The position numbers were made by a program, and so were the translations under genes. DNA of 64,000 nucleotides from the IMG/VR virus record IMGVR_UViG_3300047160_006212; one strand, written 5' to 3'. Origin of the DNA: an uncultured virus (IMG/VR IMGVR_UViG_3300047160_006212) (lineage: Duplodnaviria; Heunggongvirae; Uroviricota; Caudoviricetes). Below the pieces are notes generated by a model. That model was not told the DNA's origin. It ran no database searches and was given only the letters and a program-made list of their open reading frames with translations. Shown in pieces: positions 8,369 to 16,948 of this stretch (the stretch's first letter is position 1; each line of letters starts with the position of its first letter).

Positions 8369-9400
8369 TCAATTACCAAGCACGAGCCGATTGATGGCCC
8401 CGATGGTCTTGAGGCTTGGATCACGCGTCATGGCGTCATGTGCGGCCATGCTGCGCACGTCAGGCATCAGGCGATCAAGATAGATTGCCAGATGCGCGGC
8501 GTTCTGCATGTTCAGTTCCTTGCTTACCGCTGACCCAATGACCCATTGATAATGCGGGTCCTCAGGAACCTTGGCCTTGCTTGGATTGGCTTTGATATCG
8601 GGCATTCGAGGCAAGCCGGCGGTAAGATTATTCAGGAACGTCATGAATTGCCGCGAGAAACCTTCGCCGCAAATCATGTGCGCTGAATTCTCGACGGCGA
8701 TCTTTGGAGCGTCTACAGGAAGGCGCTTAAGAACCTTATTGAGATTTTCCAAAGAGCGCGCCGTCGGGAACGCCGGATTGATCTCAGAGACTTTCTGGAT
8801 TTCATCCGGCCGCAACGACAGGAAGGCGATCAGACGCGAATCCCATCCCCAATGCTTCATCTTTTCGATCAAGCCCGGCGCATCGGGTTCGGCAACGACA
8901 TGGCCCATCCGATTTTCCATCGGCTTGAGCATCTTGTTGTCACCGCCCTGATCCTCGCGGGAATTGGTCGCCAAGATAAAGCGATTGTGTTTCGGACAAC
9001 GGAAATCGCCGAGTTTGCGATCATTGAGCCATCCATAAGCTAGATGTTGAAGTTGCACGCTGGCATGGCCGAATTCATCCAAGAAATAGACATGCAGCTT
9101 TCCGTCGTCGTCATCCAAGAACGGCGAGCGGGTCCATTTTGTGATCATCTTGATTTGATCAACAACCGGCATGCCCGTGCCATCCACGATGTCCTTGGTG
9201 GAAAGCCTAATGTCATGAAGGACGGTTTCCATCTGAAGGATTTTGCCCAAGGATGGGACAATCTCGTATTCCGTCACCTTCGATTTGCCGATACCGGTTT
9301 GGCCATAGATGCAGACAGGAACGTCCGCGAGAATCAGCGGCAGGATGGTTTCGGCAAGCTTGGTAATTTTGCATCGAAGCACTGATTTGACCTCAGACAT
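8369..9400 (-). CDS. MoxR/dynein-related AAA+ ATPase
   Basis: Walker A GQTGIGKS, Walker B YFLDE, ILATN, PTARS. Confidence 0.85.
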   Translation of the reverse strand: MSEVKSVLRCKITKLAETILPLILADVPVCIYGQTGIGKSKVTEYEIVPSLGKILQMETVLHDIRLSTKDIVDGTGMPVVDQIKMITKWTRSPFLDDDDGKLHVYFLDEFGHASVQLQHLAYGWLNDRKLGDFRCPKHNRFILATNSREDQGGDNKMLKPMENRMGHVVAEPDAPGLIEKMKHWGWDSRLIAFLSLRPDEIQKVSEINPAFPTARSLENLNKVLKRLPVDAPKIAVENSAHMICGEGFSRQFMTFLNNLTAGLPRMPDIKANPSKAKVPEDPHYQWVIGSAVSKELNMQNAAHLAIYLDRLMPDVRSMAAHDAMTRDPSLKTIGAINRLVLGN

Positions 9401-9407
9401 AGTCAGT

Positions 9408-9499
9408 TTCCCTCTTGAAGCCTCGTGCTTTGGCTGGATTGCCAAAGTCACGGATTGCTTCGCAATAGGCTGGCAAGCCAGCCTATGCCCGAAACAATC
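9408..9499 (-). ncRNA. repeated structured leader element, copy 5 (extra hairpin inserted)
   Basis: Inner stem AUAGGCUGG-CUUG-CCAGCCUAU; additional CUUUGGC/GCCAAAG hairpin between GAAGC and GCUUC. Confidence 0.7.
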
Positions 9500-9500
9500 G

Positions 9501-10466
9501 CTATTCCAGATATTCCCCGCCTTCCGTAACCATATCGCTGATTTCCTGATCCCTCATATTGATCGCATTCATTTGGGTCAAGATTTCGTTCGCTGTGGCC
9601 AAGGCTTGCGGTTTTTCTCTTTCATAGGCGCTTGGATTAGAGCGCCAATGCTCAGCCGAAAACACGCACAAGCGGTTCAAGTCTTTCACGACTTTTGCGA
9701 TCTGGGCGTTTTCCGTCAAGTTCATACGGTCAATGAGGTTCGCGGTGTCGCCGATGTTATCGATCAAGCTATCACGGATAACCTTGCCGCTAAACTTAAG
9801 CTTGCCGTTGCTATCGACTTCAGGGTCAACGGCTTCCAGCTTTTCGATAAACTCGGCAACGACCTTCTGGGCCCGCGCCACCAAATGCTGCGTTCCCGCT
9901 ATCAGCCGTTCCTCAATTTCCCGTTCCATGCCGTGCTTTGCCTCCGATGCTGCTTGGCGCGACATGTCGGCGACGAAATGACCGGACTCCGGGAAAGGCC
10001 AATAGTTGACACTGATACAAAACATATTCCTGATCTTGTTCGCGGCCGGATATTCGTCCGCATTGAACAATGGCCCAAGCTCAAGTTCGCTTTGGTCCCT
10101 CAGATCAGGATAGGCTTGATTGTAATCGTCCCAAGCCAATTCCAGATCAGAGATTGCAATCGTGAGTTTGTGGCGGAATTCGTCCAGCGTTCCCATGGTG
10201 ACAAGGCGCATTTTCTCGTCGCCCCATGGCAGGGAATATCTATAGACGACTTCCCGCACGCGTTGGCCCGCTGCAATGACCCGCTTAACGACTTTAGCCT
10301 GTCTGTCAATCAAGTACTTGCTTGCCTTCGCGCGTTTATCAGAAACCTGGTACGTACTCTGCACCAATGCCGACGCTTGCTTGTCCTTACGTTCGCCAAG
10401 CAGGCCGCCGTTGATGATGTTCACGCTCACCAGCACCGCATGTTTAGATAGGTTTTGCTCTTGCAT
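9501..10466 (-). CDS. conserved phage protein (DUF3150-like), partner of AAA/VWA pair
   Basis: 321-aa helical ORF (SLPW, LGPLFNADEYP) typical of this gene trio; recalled similarity. Confidence 0.6.
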   Translation of the reverse strand: MQEQNLSKHAVLVSVNIINGGLLGERKDKQASALVQSTYQVSDKRAKASKYLIDRQAKVVKRVIAAGQRVREVVYRYSLPWGDEKMRLVTMGTLDEFRHKLTIAISDLELAWDDYNQAYPDLRDQSELELGPLFNADEYPAANKIRNMFCISVNYWPFPESGHFVADMSRQAASEAKHGMEREIEERLIAGTQHLVARAQKVVAEFIEKLEAVDPEVDSNGKLKFSGKVIRDSLIDNIGDTANLIDRMNLTENAQIAKVVKDLNRLCVFSAEHWRSNPSAYEREKPQALATANEILTQMNAINMRDQEISDMVTEGGEYLE

Positions 10467-10472
10467 GTGAAT

Positions 10473-10536
10473 TTCCCTCTTTCAAAGAAGCTGAATGCTT
10501 CGTGACAGGGCGCGTTGCGCCCTGCTTCGAAACATT
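10473..10536 (-). ncRNA. repeated structured leader element, copy 6
   Basis: Inner stem CAGGGCGC/GCGCCCUG. Confidence 0.75.
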
Positions 10537-10756
10537 AGCGCAGAAACAGCTTTTTATGGTCGAGTATGATCCATGCTGAGCCGATATTGCTGTAAATGGT
10601 GATGTAGACGCGCCGCTTGCGGCCGTCCGGCAACACGACACAACGGGTGGACGGAATTTTCGCGCCATAGCCGGTTGCCGTATATGACAAGCCAGCTTTC
10701 TGCCATGGCAGCATGTCGGTTATCAGTTCATAGGGTTCTTGCAGATAGCTGATCAT
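10535..10756 (-). CDS. hypothetical phage protein
   Basis: TATGYGAKIPS...RRVY...YSN; bounded by motif copies. Confidence 0.7.
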   Translation of the reverse strand: MISYLQEPYELITDMLPWQKAGLSYTATGYGAKIPSTRCVVLPDGRKRRVYITIYSNIGSAWIILDHKKLFLR

Positions 10757-10757
10757 T

Positions 10758-10822
10758 TTCCCTCTTTCAGTGAAGCAGAATGCTTCGCACTGCGCAGAAC
10801 ATGCTGCGCAGGCCGAAACATT
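10758..10822 (-). ncRNA. repeated structured leader element, copy 7
   Basis: Inner stem CUGCGCAG/CUGCGCAG. Confidence 0.75.
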
Positions 10823-10994
10823 AAGCGGCGTATTCGTCCGCTGTGAAGGCGCGGACATAGAATGCGTCGTACTCCAGTGAAGACTCGTGTTCGGTAAACC
10901 CGATCAAGAACCGTTCCGCCAGGGTCCTTGTGGTAAAGACCGCCAGGACGTCCTCGTAGGTTTCATACTCGCCCGACACGATGAAGATATCCAT
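10821..10994 (-). CDS. small hypothetical protein
   Basis: 57-aa ORF bounded by motif copies. Confidence 0.7.
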   Translation of the reverse strand: MDIFIVSGEYETYEDVLAVFTTRTLAERFLIGFTEHESSLEYDAFYVRAFTADEYAA

Positions 10995-11000
10995 GATATT

Positions 11001-11063
11001 TTCCCTCTTTTGAAGCTGGATGCTTCGTTGTGCGCTGGCAAGCCAGCGCACCGTCGAAACATT
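11001..11063 (-). ncRNA. repeated structured leader element, copy 8
   Basis: Inner stem GUGCGCUGG-CUUG-CCAGCGCAC. Confidence 0.75.
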
Positions 11064-11066
11064 GCC

Positions 11067-11318
11067 TTAGACGTCATAGCTTGTGGTGACTTCCACCACG
11101 CCGCGCCATGAACCGCCCGATATCTGGTAGGCGCGCAGCAGCTTCGCGTACACGCCGCACACCCGGCCGGTGCAATCGGCGCCGCATCCGGTGTCGATGT
11201 GGCCCTGATCCAGGCGCCCCACGGTGACCGTCAAGCCGTTGCGGCTTGGCGCGTCCACTGTGATAATGCGGGTTACGGTTCCGAGCCTGTCATCGATGAA
11301 AAGCTCTTGCTCTGTCAT
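11067..11318 (-). CDS. hypothetical protein
   Basis: 83-aa ORF bounded by motif copies. Confidence 0.65.
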   Translation of the reverse strand: MTEQELFIDDRLGTVTRIITVDAPSRNGLTVTVGRLDQGHIDTGCGADCTGRVCGVYAKLLRAYQISGGSWRGVVEVTTSYDV

Positions 11319-11324
11319 GTGATG

Positions 11325-11387
11325 TTCCCTCTTGGCGAAGCTGTATTGCTTCGCAGAACACGCCGCAGTGTGCTCTGCAAAGCAATA
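11325..11387 (-). ncRNA. repeated structured leader element, copy 9 (divergent)
   Basis: AUUGCUUUG...CGAAGCAAU-ACAGCUUC-AAGAGGGAA. Confidence 0.65.
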
Positions 11388-11497
11388 GGAAGGGCAAGGG
11401 GAAGCTTTACGCTTCTCCCTGCCCTACCTACTGCTCGGATGGGAAAACGCGCCAGCGAGCCTTACAAGCCCGTCTAGCGCCTATTCCCTGAGGGAAA

Positions 11498-12045
11498 GAG
11501 GTTTCATCATGCTAAGATGCATTTTAACGGTATCGCAAGACCATCACTCTCAAGCGTTTGACGCCCTGATGCGGCTTACGAGGGAATGACCGACCGCGCT
11601 TTACGATGAAAGCGGCGCAGCGTGTTTCCTTGGGTAAGCCCGTCATCTGTGACATTTGTGTCACACGTTCGCGATAGTCTGCTAGGTTACCGTCCCAAGG
11701 CGCTTGCGAAGGAGTTACCCCTTGCGCACTGGAATTGCGAGACGGGACCGCACTTTTACCCGGGTTACCATATGGTTCCAGTTCCGTAGCTTGTCGGGTT
11801 AAACACCCGGCCGTGGAACTGGAGCGCCGCAGCGCCCCATTGCTCTTGCCCGGCATCGCATCATGCGTTGCCCTGCCAATGTAGAGATCGCCTACCGGCT
11901 ATCCGACTTGCCGGCGTTCACGGGGAGGCCTAGGCATCGCCCCGTCCCGAGTAACCTAGCGTCGGGAACGCTGCAGGCTATGGCCTGCGCCTAGGAGAGA
12001 GAGTGAAGCTATCGAGTACCTCAATGCAGTGATTAACGAGGCCTC
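11498..12045 (+). ncRNA. putative large structured non-coding RNA (~550 nt)
   Basis: Many nested inverted repeats, e.g. GCTAGGTTAC 11681/GTAACCTAGC 11951 and TCACTCTC 11544/GAGAGTGA 11999; G-U pairs favour + strand. Confidence 0.55.
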
Positions 12046-12875
12046 AATCTGGATTTACACCAAGGCCATAAGGTGTGGCCTTTGTGCAAAACCTGTGATA
12101 TGATCAAGGTCAATTCAAGGCAATGGAACTCGGGCGTGTCAGCTATTATTTGGCCAGCCCAACTAACCCTGGAACTGAGCTATGGCATCGCAACGGCGAG
12201 CTAGGGAACCCGGTCGTTTCTGTGCTGCACTGCATCAAGCCGAATGGCCCTGGAACGGCTTGGGAGCGTCCCTGGTGCGCGATCGAAAGCCAGCTAGGGT
12301 ATGACGCCCAAAAAATCTCGCGCATCCTTGCGTTCCCTAAAGCCAAAAAGAATAATCTGCTACGCGTTTCACGCATACCTCAGGGTTGCAAGGAACGCAT
12401 AGGTACAACGCATAATAGAAGTCAATCCAATGTCAGCAATAGGTCAACAATAAGGTAGGGGACCTGTGGCTTATCGGAGGCACTGGTACCAGAATGAACG
12501 CAAGTTGGACGAAACCAGGATTGCCACAGATAGGGCGGACGTCAGGCAGTCAAGGCGAAAGCAAGGTTAGCCGAATGGGGCGGAAGTAAGGATTTTCGCC
12601 TCGTTCCTGCCTCAGTTCCATTGACCCAATCTGGTCCACACACACCGTGCCATCGCCACAATCGCTAAGCCCTTGGTTTACTTCCGATAATCGCTCTTCT
12701 CGGAAGCTATTCCAGGCTGGTATCCCGTATGCCAGTACCTTGGTTCTGCCACAGCAGTGCAGCAATTCGGCCCTAAATGAGGCGATAAGGAGACAAATGA
12801 GGCGAAAAGGGGACCATGGCGGGATGGGGGGCTGCGGGCGAAGGGCGGTGTGCGGGTGCGGCTGCACGGCCCTTT

Positions 12876-12939
12876 CCACTGTGTGTAAAGTTTCAATTGA
12901 AACCCACTGTGTGTAAAGTTTCAAGGAAACCCATTGTGT
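12876..12939. repeat. tandem direct repeat CCACTGTGTGTAAAGTTTCAA (two copies plus a partial)
   Basis: Seen at 12876 and 12904, partial CCATTGTGT near 12931, in the non-coding divergence region. Confidence 0.75.
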
Positions 12940-12967
12940 CTTATCTCACATCTGTTAGACTAACAGC

Positions 12968-13219
12968 ATGAAAGCACCAACCTGCCGCGTGTGTGGAAAG
13001 ACTGAATGGGGGCATGTATGCTCAACCTCGCCATCCGTTGTCGATCCTGCGCCCAGGAAGTCATCTTCTGCAGTATCAGGGAAGGTGAAATCTACAGCGC
13101 CGCAATCTGTCCCGCCTGTCTCTACGACCATAAGCTCAACGTCGAAGTTCGACCGGACGGCTTATCAGAGGGACTACATGCGGAAGCGGTGTGCCGGACA
13201 AAAGACCGGAAAAAGCTAA
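12968..13219 (+). CDS. hypothetical protein
   Basis: CRVC..HVC N-terminus; FDRTAYQRDYMRKR C-terminus. Confidence 0.6.
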   Translation: MKAPTCRVCGKTEWGHVCSTSPSVVDPAPRKSSSAVSGKVKSTAPQSVPPVSTTISSTSKFDRTAYQRDYMRKRCAGQKTGKS

Positions 13220-13320
13220 AGAGGGTGTCCCCGCCCTAGGGGGAACGATGGGGGGCATGGAACCAGCCAGGGCGGGGGTGCGAGCGTGTCGCTCCACGCT
13301 TGCAGGACAGAGGATAGCAG

Positions 13321-13635
13321 ATGTCGGCCGAGATTCAAACCTGCACCTGTGTGTACTGCGTCAATGTCACGGGCGTCGAGCGGGAACTGACCAGCGGGGC
13401 GACCTATGTCATCACCAAGGTCTATGGCGCGGTCGGCGATCCCAGATATGTCCAGATCAGCGATCAGGATGGGGAGCTTGTCGGAGATTATGCCGCATGG
13501 CGGTTCGGCCCGGTCAACAACAGCCTGGAAGCTGCGGCCAGCGAGTACAACGAGATCATGGCGGGTGTCGATGCCTATGAAACGCATTCCAAAGACCAAG
13601 TGGCAGAAGGGACAGTTGATCAAGGTCAAGCCTGA
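13321..13635 (+). CDS. small beta-barrel-like protein, paralog 1
   Basis: LT.G.TY...ISDQDG...RF...EYNEIM. Confidence 0.7.
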   Translation: MSAEIQTCTCVYCVNVTGVERELTSGATYVITKVYGAVGDPRYVQISDQDGELVGDYAAWRFGPVNNSLEAAASEYNEIMAGVDAYETHSKDQVAEGTVDQGQA

Positions 13636-13876
13636 CACAGGGTTTGACGAGGATGCTGACGCCCTGACGCCAAATAAGCTTTACACCGTCGAGGACCCGC
13701 CGTTCGAATTCGCGGGCCATTGGGTGGTCGGCGTGGTCAATGACGAGGGCCGGATGGCGGCCTATGTCTTGGAGCGCTTCACCCAAGCCAAGCAGGCCAG
13801 TGACGTGGGCAAGGAGGAATACGATGATATTATGAAAGCAGAGGGTGCCTATGCGGATGCGACAGGCGACACATAG
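13577..13876 (+). CDS. small beta-barrel-like protein, paralog 2
   Basis: LTPNKLY...VVNDEG...RF...EYDDIM. Confidence 0.7.
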   Translation: MKRIPKTKWQKGQLIKVKPDTGFDEDADALTPNKLYTVEDPPFEFAGHWVVGVVNDEGRMAAYVLERFTQAKQASDVGKEEYDDIMKAEGAYADATGDT

Positions 13877-13933
13877 CGACAAGTCGCGACAAACAGCGAC
13901 ATTTTGCTGAGCTTTGCAGATAACACGTAAGGA

Positions 13934-14305
13934 TTGGCCACGGTCATCGTGAAAACAACGAAAACCAGATACCGCATGGGCGACATTGTGAGGCTTGTCC
14001 CTGCCGAACAGGGCGATCACCATCATATGGCGACCTTGCGTGAGGCCGAGACCTACAAGGTGCTGGCGGCATGGGCGTCGCATGGGACGGATTATGTCGC
14101 CATCACCGATGACCGGGGAACAACCCGGGAGTTCTATGCGGCGCGTTTCTCCTTGGTGGGTGGTCCCACCTTGGAGCGCCGACAGATCAGTGACGCCGGG
14201 GCTGAGGACTACGATGATGCGCTCGCAGCGCAAGAGGCTTATGATGCCATCCAAACCAAGGAGGACGAGTCCTATGACGACACAGAAGCCGACGCAACAT
14301 CCTGA
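13934..14305 (+). CDS. small beta-barrel-like protein, paralog 3
   Basis: LREAETY...ITDDRG...RF...DYDDAL; start uncertain. Confidence 0.65.
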   Translation: MATVIVKTTKTRYRMGDIVRLVPAEQGDHHHMATLREAETYKVLAAWASHGTDYVAITDDRGTTREFYAARFSLVGGPTLERRQISDAGAEDYDDALAAQEAYDAIQTKEDESYDDTEADATS

Positions 14306-14459
14306 ACCGCCCAAACCTGAGGTCAAGCCTGCCCCTGCTCCGGAGCCTGCGCCTCCGCCGCAGGCGCCTGAACAGCATCCCTCTTTCCCTGCCAAACCCG
14401 CCCAAGAACCTTGGGAACGCTCTGAACCCGGCAGCATGCCGCCATGGTCAGGATCGTGA
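14274..14459 (+). CDS. Pro-rich hypothetical protein
   Basis: SD AAGGAGG; 61 aa. Confidence 0.55.
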   Translation: MTTQKPTQHPEPPKPEVKPAPAPEPAPPPQAPEQHPSFPAKPAQEPWERSEPGSMPPWSGS

Positions 14460-14462
14460 CTG

Positions 14463-14960
14463 ATGACCATCAATGATGTGATCAAGACGCTCAAGTTCGA
14501 GCGCAGCGCGGACGCCTTGGCGGCCTATCTGACCCCCTATCAGGATCAGGGTCAGGCCGCGCAGCAGGTGCTGAACGTCATGGGCATCCAGACTCAGCAG
14601 GCCAGTCCGTTGCAGGGCTTGCAGGGTTTCGTCAACACGGGCGGCACCACCAATCCCCCGCCCAACCTGCCGAACCTGTCCCACATCACCACCGGGCATC
14701 ATAATGTGGCCGTGGGGGCGTCTGCGTTGGCCATGCCGCCGATCCCGCCGCCCAGCGGGCGTCTCATCGCCATTGACGTCTGGGATGCTGTCGGAACCAC
14801 CCACCGCATCACCGTGGATCAAGCCCATGTGCATCTGTTTCAAAGTGTGATGGCCGTCTATTGTCAGGGTGCTGTCGATCCGTTTGCGCCACGGATTGGC
14901 GACGACTTCAGCCTGTCCGAAATGGATGAAGCCAAATCCATCATGGATGATCTGGACTGA
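14463..14960 (+). CDS. hypothetical protein
   Basis: 165-aa ORF in operon. Confidence 0.65.
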   Translation: MTINDVIKTLKFERSADALAAYLTPYQDQGQAAQQVLNVMGIQTQQASPLQGLQGFVNTGGTTNPPPNLPNLSHITTGHHNVAVGASALAMPPIPPPSGRLIAIDVWDAVGTTHRITVDQAHVHLFQSVMAVYCQGAVDPFAPRIGDDFSLSEMDEAKSIMDDLD

Positions 14961-14961
14961 C

Positions 14962-15531
14962 ATGAGCAAGATTCGTCCGGATTATACAAGCGCGTGCGCG
15001 GATGGCCGGTCGCCGTGGAACAAATCCCTGCGGGATCAGCTGCGTCTGTTGCGGGCGCAGCAGAAGCCGTACATGACGCTGCATCAGTTGGCGTTGCTGG
15101 CCCAGACCGATGCCTCCACGATCTCGGAATTCGAGACCGGGACGCGTCTCAACATCCAGTTGCAGACGCTCAGAAAGTGGGTCCGGGCCTTGGGCTGCGA
15201 GGTTTACATCAAGATTGCGCCAGCGTCGAAACGTCACCCCGGCAAAGATACGTTCCTGCTGGAAGGTCCCGCGTTGCCGTCCCCGCCAAAACTGATCCGT
15301 AAAGGGACGGGGGTAGGCCGTTGGCAGGCCGCAGAATACCGACGTTTGCTGGGGAAAACATATGTCCCGCCGGGACGAAAGCAGTTACCCAAAGGGAAGG
15401 TCGGTAGGCCACGTTCCCGCAAGATGCCTGCGTGTGATCCGACAAACCCATTTGACTTTGACGACACGTCGCCGCCCAGGCCGCGCGGCAGTCCGTCACC
15501 AGCCGTTGGAACGCAGCGGGGTCCAGACTGA
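14962..15531 (+). CDS. XRE-family HTH protein
   Basis: LRLLR...TLHQLA...STISEFETG...LQTLRKWVRALG. Confidence 0.75.
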   Translation: MSKIRPDYTSACADGRSPWNKSLRDQLRLLRAQQKPYMTLHQLALLAQTDASTISEFETGTRLNIQLQTLRKWVRALGCEVYIKIAPASKRHPGKDTFLLEGPALPSPPKLIRKGTGVGRWQAAEYRRLLGKTYVPPGRKQLPKGKVGRPRSRKMPACDPTNPFDFDDTSPPRPRGSPSPAVGTQRGPD

Positions 15532-16294
15532 AAGCCGCATCAGGCGTGTCAGACGTGCGATCAAGGACAAGATGCTTCTCGATGATCGTGGCGCCAAACG
15601 CAACAGCCGCGCAGGCCGTGCCGACGCCCGGCGTATGATCACTGAAGCCCACGGCAGCCACACCGTTCAGCTCTCTCAGGGGTCCAAGGATGCCCAGATT
15701 GGCGTCTTGGGGGAACGCAGGATAGTTGCTGATGCAGTGCAACAGGGCCAATTGGCGGCAGCCACCCCGTTTTGCGGCAGAGATGGCTGATTTGATCTCC
15801 CCATGTGTTCCCATCCCGCAGGAGATGATCAAGGGAAGCCCTGTGGCAGCGGCCTTGCCGATCAAAGGCGTGCTCACCAGCTCGAAACTGGCGATCTTGA
15901 GCGCCGGGACGCCCAATGAGACCAGAAAATCGACGGTTTCAAGGTCAAAAACGGACGAAAAGCAGGTTATGGGAAGGCTTTTTGCGAAATTTATAATGTC
16001 TTTCGCCATACTTGGCGGCGTTTCAGCCTTCTTGTAAAGCTCATAGAGGTCTTGGCCCGCCCACAACCCCGCACCGATTGTCCCAGCCGTCTTGGTGCAG
16101 ATGTTATCCGCCGTGTAACATTGAATCTTTACACAGGATGCTCCACTCTCTTTGGCAGCTATGACCAAATCCTTAGCGGTCTTGATATCTCCACCATGAT
16201 TTGAACCTATTTCAGCAACTATGAAGGGAGGATAGTCGGGACCTATATTACGAGTTGCGATTTTCACGGATACGGTCCCTTCGTGCTTGCTCAT
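15209..16294 (-). CDS. pseI: pseudaminic acid / N-acetylneuraminate synthase (PseI/NeuB family)
   Basis: [38 protein letters not shown]-terminal SAF-like domain. Confidence 0.9.
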   Translation of the reverse strand: MSKHEGTVSVKIATRNIGPDYPPFIVAEIGSNHGGDIKTAKDLVIAAKESGASCVKIQCYTADNICTKTAGTIGAGLWAGQDLYELYKKAETPPSMAKDIINFAKSLPITCFSSVFDLETVDFLVSLGVPALKIASFELVSTPLIGKAAATGLPLIISCGMGTHGEIKSAISAAKRGGCRQLALLHCISNYPAFPQDANLGILGPLRELNGVAAVGFSDHTPGVGTACAAVAFGATIIEKHLVLDRTSDTPDAAFSLDPAAFQRLVTDCRAAWAATCRQSQMGLSDHTQASCGNVAYRPSLWVTAFVPAGHMFSPANVGILRPANGLPPSLYGSVLAGTATRDLPAGTYLCRGDVSTLAQS

Positions 16295-16733
16295 GCTGTT
16301 TTCGACATGGACGGCAGTATCTACTACCCTTGAACGTGTAAGTATTTTTGGCATTAAACTCATGTCCTTTAGGACAATGGGTTTTGTCTCGCCTCCATCC
16401 ATGACCTATACTTTTCATGCGTCCTTTCCTTGAAGCGTCCTGAAGATTGTCTTTCTGTGTACCGATAAACAGATGATCAGGTCTGACGCATTTTCTGTTG
16501 TCACAATGATGGCAGGCTTGCATTCCTTTTGGAAATTCATCTAGCTCATCGCGTATCATGATGGACATGCGATGCGCTCCATATCTTCTGCCTTTTGCGC
16601 CTATCCGTATCGTTCCATACCCGACACCATCCAGCCTACCGGTCCATTCCCAGCAGTCATCACCGTGCTTAGGGACCATAATGCGTTGCCAGAAGTATCT
16701 TTCTAGCTCGCGTCTATCGACAAACTTCTTCAT
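16248..16733 (-). CDS. HNH homing endonuclease
   Basis: CWEWTG...AHR...[15 protein letters not shown]...KTHCPKGH. Confidence 0.9.
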   Translation of the reverse strand: MKKFVDRRELERYFWQRIMVPKHGDDCWEWTGRLDGVGYGTIRIGAKGRRYGAHRMSIMIRDELDEFPKGMQACHHCDNRKCVRPDHLFIGTQKDNLQDASRKGRMKSIGHGWRRDKTHCPKGHEFNAKNTYTFKGSRYCRPCRKQHEQARRDRIRENRNS

Positions 16734-16738
16734 GGAAA

Positions 16739-16948
16739 TCAGGTCCGATGTTTCGGTTTGATATTTTCACCGGCAATACCCGCTATCAAGTCGGCGATTT
16801 CATCATCGTTTTCGGTGATCTGGCGCAGCACGATCTGGGTTTCGTCCGGGGCGTTTTCCAGTGCGATTTTCAGGATGTCCATCCAGAGGATATTGTTCCG
16901 GCTGCGCGCCTGCTCGATCAGCTTCAGGAAATCTTCCCATGTGCTCAT
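16739..16948 (-). CDS. small hypothetical protein in sugar cluster
   Basis: 69-aa ORF coupled to aminotransferase. Confidence 0.7.
   Translation of the reverse strand: MSTWEDFLKLIEQARSRNNILWMDILKIALENAPDETQIVLRQITENDDEIADLIAGIAGENIKPKHRT

Noticed and set aside
9309..10451. 380-aa plus-strand ORF
   Set aside because: Antisense shadow of the real minus-strand gene that has the conserved SD and leader motif
4835..11387. Repeated elements as CRISPR array, integron attC sites or hammerhead ribozymes
   Set aside because: Separated by whole genes rather than uniform spacers; no cas or integrase; no RYYYAAC/GTTRRRY ends; CUGANGA core not conserved despite the GAAAC
11524..11856. 110-aa minus-strand ORF in the structured region
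   Set aside because: No SD or recognisable protein features; extensive pairing better explains the region
16295..16402. N-terminal extension of PseI in the ORF track
   Set aside because: Lies within the HNH gene; family similarity begins near Met at 16294
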